NCBI GenBank assembly: GCA_965235115.1
Contig: OZ249436.1
Span: 28,398,001-28,462,000 of the forward strand
Direction: 5' to 3'
DNA from: Laetmonice hystrix
Lineage: Eukaryota
DNA length: 64,000 nt
The notes below the pieces were generated by a model that was not told where the DNA came from, did no database searches, and saw only the letters and a list, made by a program, of their open reading frames with translations. Both the position numbers and the translations under genes were made by a program. How positions within the stretch are numbered: position 1 is the stretch's first letter; every line of letters begins with the position of its first letter. Shown here piece after piece: positions 61,687 through 64,000 of the stretch.

Positions 61687-64000
61687 GTCTGTGTCCCTTT
61701 CAGGTTGAACTCTGGGAGTGGAGGACCAGTGGTTGGCCAGCCTTGTTAAGGTGAGGGCTGTGGTCGGACCTCATCAGGGCAGTGGTTCCCTGGGGGTCAG
61801 ACCCGATCAGTTCTGTGAGGCCCTGGGTGTTGGTGTTATCTATGGAGTACAGCGGACTGATGCTCTATGGCCTTGACGTTAACATCTGTCGGATTGTTTG
61901 TCGACGAACGGCTTGTTAGTTTGTGGTGATGGGGACCGGTAAAAGAATTCGGGTCATGCTGGGCATGTTGTAGGCTTGGAAATTCCCGTTGTTGTATAAT
62001 TCAATCAAGGGTCTTAAAGGCAGGAATCAGTGCTTAAATCTTCAAGGAGTAATGCTGGATTCACTTGCTGCCCAATTGATACCAGAGTTTTTTGCCAGAC
62101 TGAACCCTGATGACCACAGTATATATACTGCCACCCTGTCTGATCTTTACAACTGCACCATTTGGTATATCTACGGAAGCGGTTCAGTGCAATTTTCTCT
62201 AACAAAAGTAAATCTGTAAAGTAAGTCATATTTGAAAAGGCAAAACCCCAGGGTTGTTTGCAGAGTGTACCGTGGACATGGAGCCCAGGCAGCCGATGGA
62301 TTGGTCCCTGTATAGTACAAGTATCCGCCCCCAGGGTACTCACTACATTTCCGGAACAGTCCCGTGCACCGCCCTCCCGCCGAGAGAAGCCGGGACTTGG
62401 TGGTACCTATACAACTGTTATTAGTTATTAGTACGAAGTATTGCCGATCACATCAGGCCCTTATCGGATGAACAGGATAGATTTTCCTCACAAGACAAAT
62501 GTTCCCCAAACGCCCATGCTCCGCAAATGGTCTACTCTGGCACCATGACGGTGACATGATGGCAATCCTGATTTATTATGATTCTACGTTTCTTCTGGAA
62601 ATCCATCAGTCTGTGTCAAAGTTTGGATGACTGCACAGTGGTTCCGTCATTGCTCCTCACATTTTGCGTTCCAGCAAAACAAATGCCAAAAGAATGGCAC
62701 AAAATGGTTGAAACGTAGGTTTTATCTACAGGATAATTATGTTACCCATATTTCTGTCCGATGCTGTGTTTCTGCCCGAGGCTAAGAGCTTAGTTTGTCG
62801 GTATTTCTATATATTCGTTGACACCTAGCTGTATTTTCATCTTACTTTTACGATTTTGTGTACAATACTGTTTGTAACATTAATGTTGGAAAGAACTGTC
62901 AACAAAAACTGTTAGATCACATTCAAAAGCCTGATTATTGCGTTTACCGTCCTTGAGCTGCCTTCATCGATTTCCATAAAACAACTTGGCCCCGGTTCAA
63001 AGATTGGGATCTTAAGATCTGACGGTGTACTTAACGAATGAAGAGAGCTGGCACGTCCTATACTGTATGCGTTTGACTCTTTATGGAGTGAGTGCACGTA
63101 TGCTGCGTGCAGGACAGGGATGGATTGTAAGGCATGAAACTTTGATCTCTCCAGGGAGGCTGGGTTTCCGTGGCTAGGCATCACTGCAGGGTCATCCAGA
63201 CGACGGCAGGGGTCAGCTGGAAATCATCATAACCTTGGCTTTGATGTCGTACGGCGAGCACCTTGAACTATGTGCAAGCCTGCGGAACTTTCAGCCATGA
63301 TTCCAAAAAGGCGTATTAGCCGAAGGCATTCGGTCATTGGCACGCCGGTTGTGCCGTGTTTGGTTGTGTTGAGAGTTAATTCTTCTTTAGTAATAGAACT
63401 TTGGAGGCGACTTGTCCTAACGTAAACTCATTATTGGCCGTTGTTAATTGATGAAGTGCCATGTGTGTTGTGACTGTGTCCCAGGCACGGTGTGGCGAGC
63501 GTGGGATGAATTAGATGGTTTACCACCGTGCACGGCAGGGGGAGGGTAAATTGTTGGGGGCAAGAGTTACTCCCGACATTCAGGCAGTCGTAACACACCA
63601 TAAAAGGTTATCAGTTCCAGCTGAACTTCAGCATTCACTTCGAAACAGGAATACCAGCGAGACTGGTTTCTCATTATAGAATCGACATGGGGCATCGTCA
63701 TTGGCAGGAACATATTCATTACTGATACTAATGATGATGATGAGGATAATATCAGGAGTATCAGGAATAATACCGGGATTATGATGAAATATGTGAAGGT
63801 GATATGAAGATTTAGTTACCTGGCTGGTGTTATGATGCACCAGATCAATGCGTTTACTCCAACCCTATGCCAACACACGCAAACATAACTGGAAATACCT
63901 TCTGACGTCCATGACTGAATGATCAGTCTCCACCGTTCATTAAATCTGTTCTGTTCCTCTCGGTAATAGAATTTAATGAAGCGTTTTAATTATTGCCGCA

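Noticed and set aside
8400..64000. Conserved bilaterian miRNAs and reverse-transcriptase fragments in the long intron-like region
   Set aside because: A by-eye scan found only seed-length matches and no RT-like ORF. A covariance-model or BLAST search would be needed to exclude them properly.

Overview
This is eukaryotic (animal) genomic DNA, not a prokaryotic locus. It has low gene density, GT-AG splice signals, microsatellites and dense non-autonomous DNA transposons. The repeat repertoire suggests a marine invertebrate, probably a lophotrochozoan (inference). Supported coding content is small. (1) The first coding exon of a secreted chitin/polysaccharide deacetylase-like gene lies on the minus strand (2183-2413), with the rest of the gene left of the window. 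(2) A CpG-rich promoter near 7.3-8.3 kb has a probable first exon on the plus strand (ATG CCT GCG AAA G|GTAAGG), after which the remaining ~56 kb looks like intron of a large, unidentified gene. (3) A frameshifted Academ-type transposase fragment sits inside a 2.9-kb element with ~540-bp TIRs and nested insertions. The rest is MITEs (Kolobok-like with TTAA, hAT-like with 5- and 6-bp TSDs, Harbinger-like, Tc1/mariner-like), SINE remnants, minisatellites and a 770-bp (TTC)n tract. Almost all ORFs in the supplied track are spurious. I found no clear novel multi-gene system. The most interesting signals are TA-site palindromic insertions (TAGGCCTA, TACATGTA) that look like transposon excision scars, with TAGGCCTA concentrated in the promoter region; a deacetylase lacking a conserved Asp; the nested Academ complex; and a degenerate hammerhead-ribozyme core.
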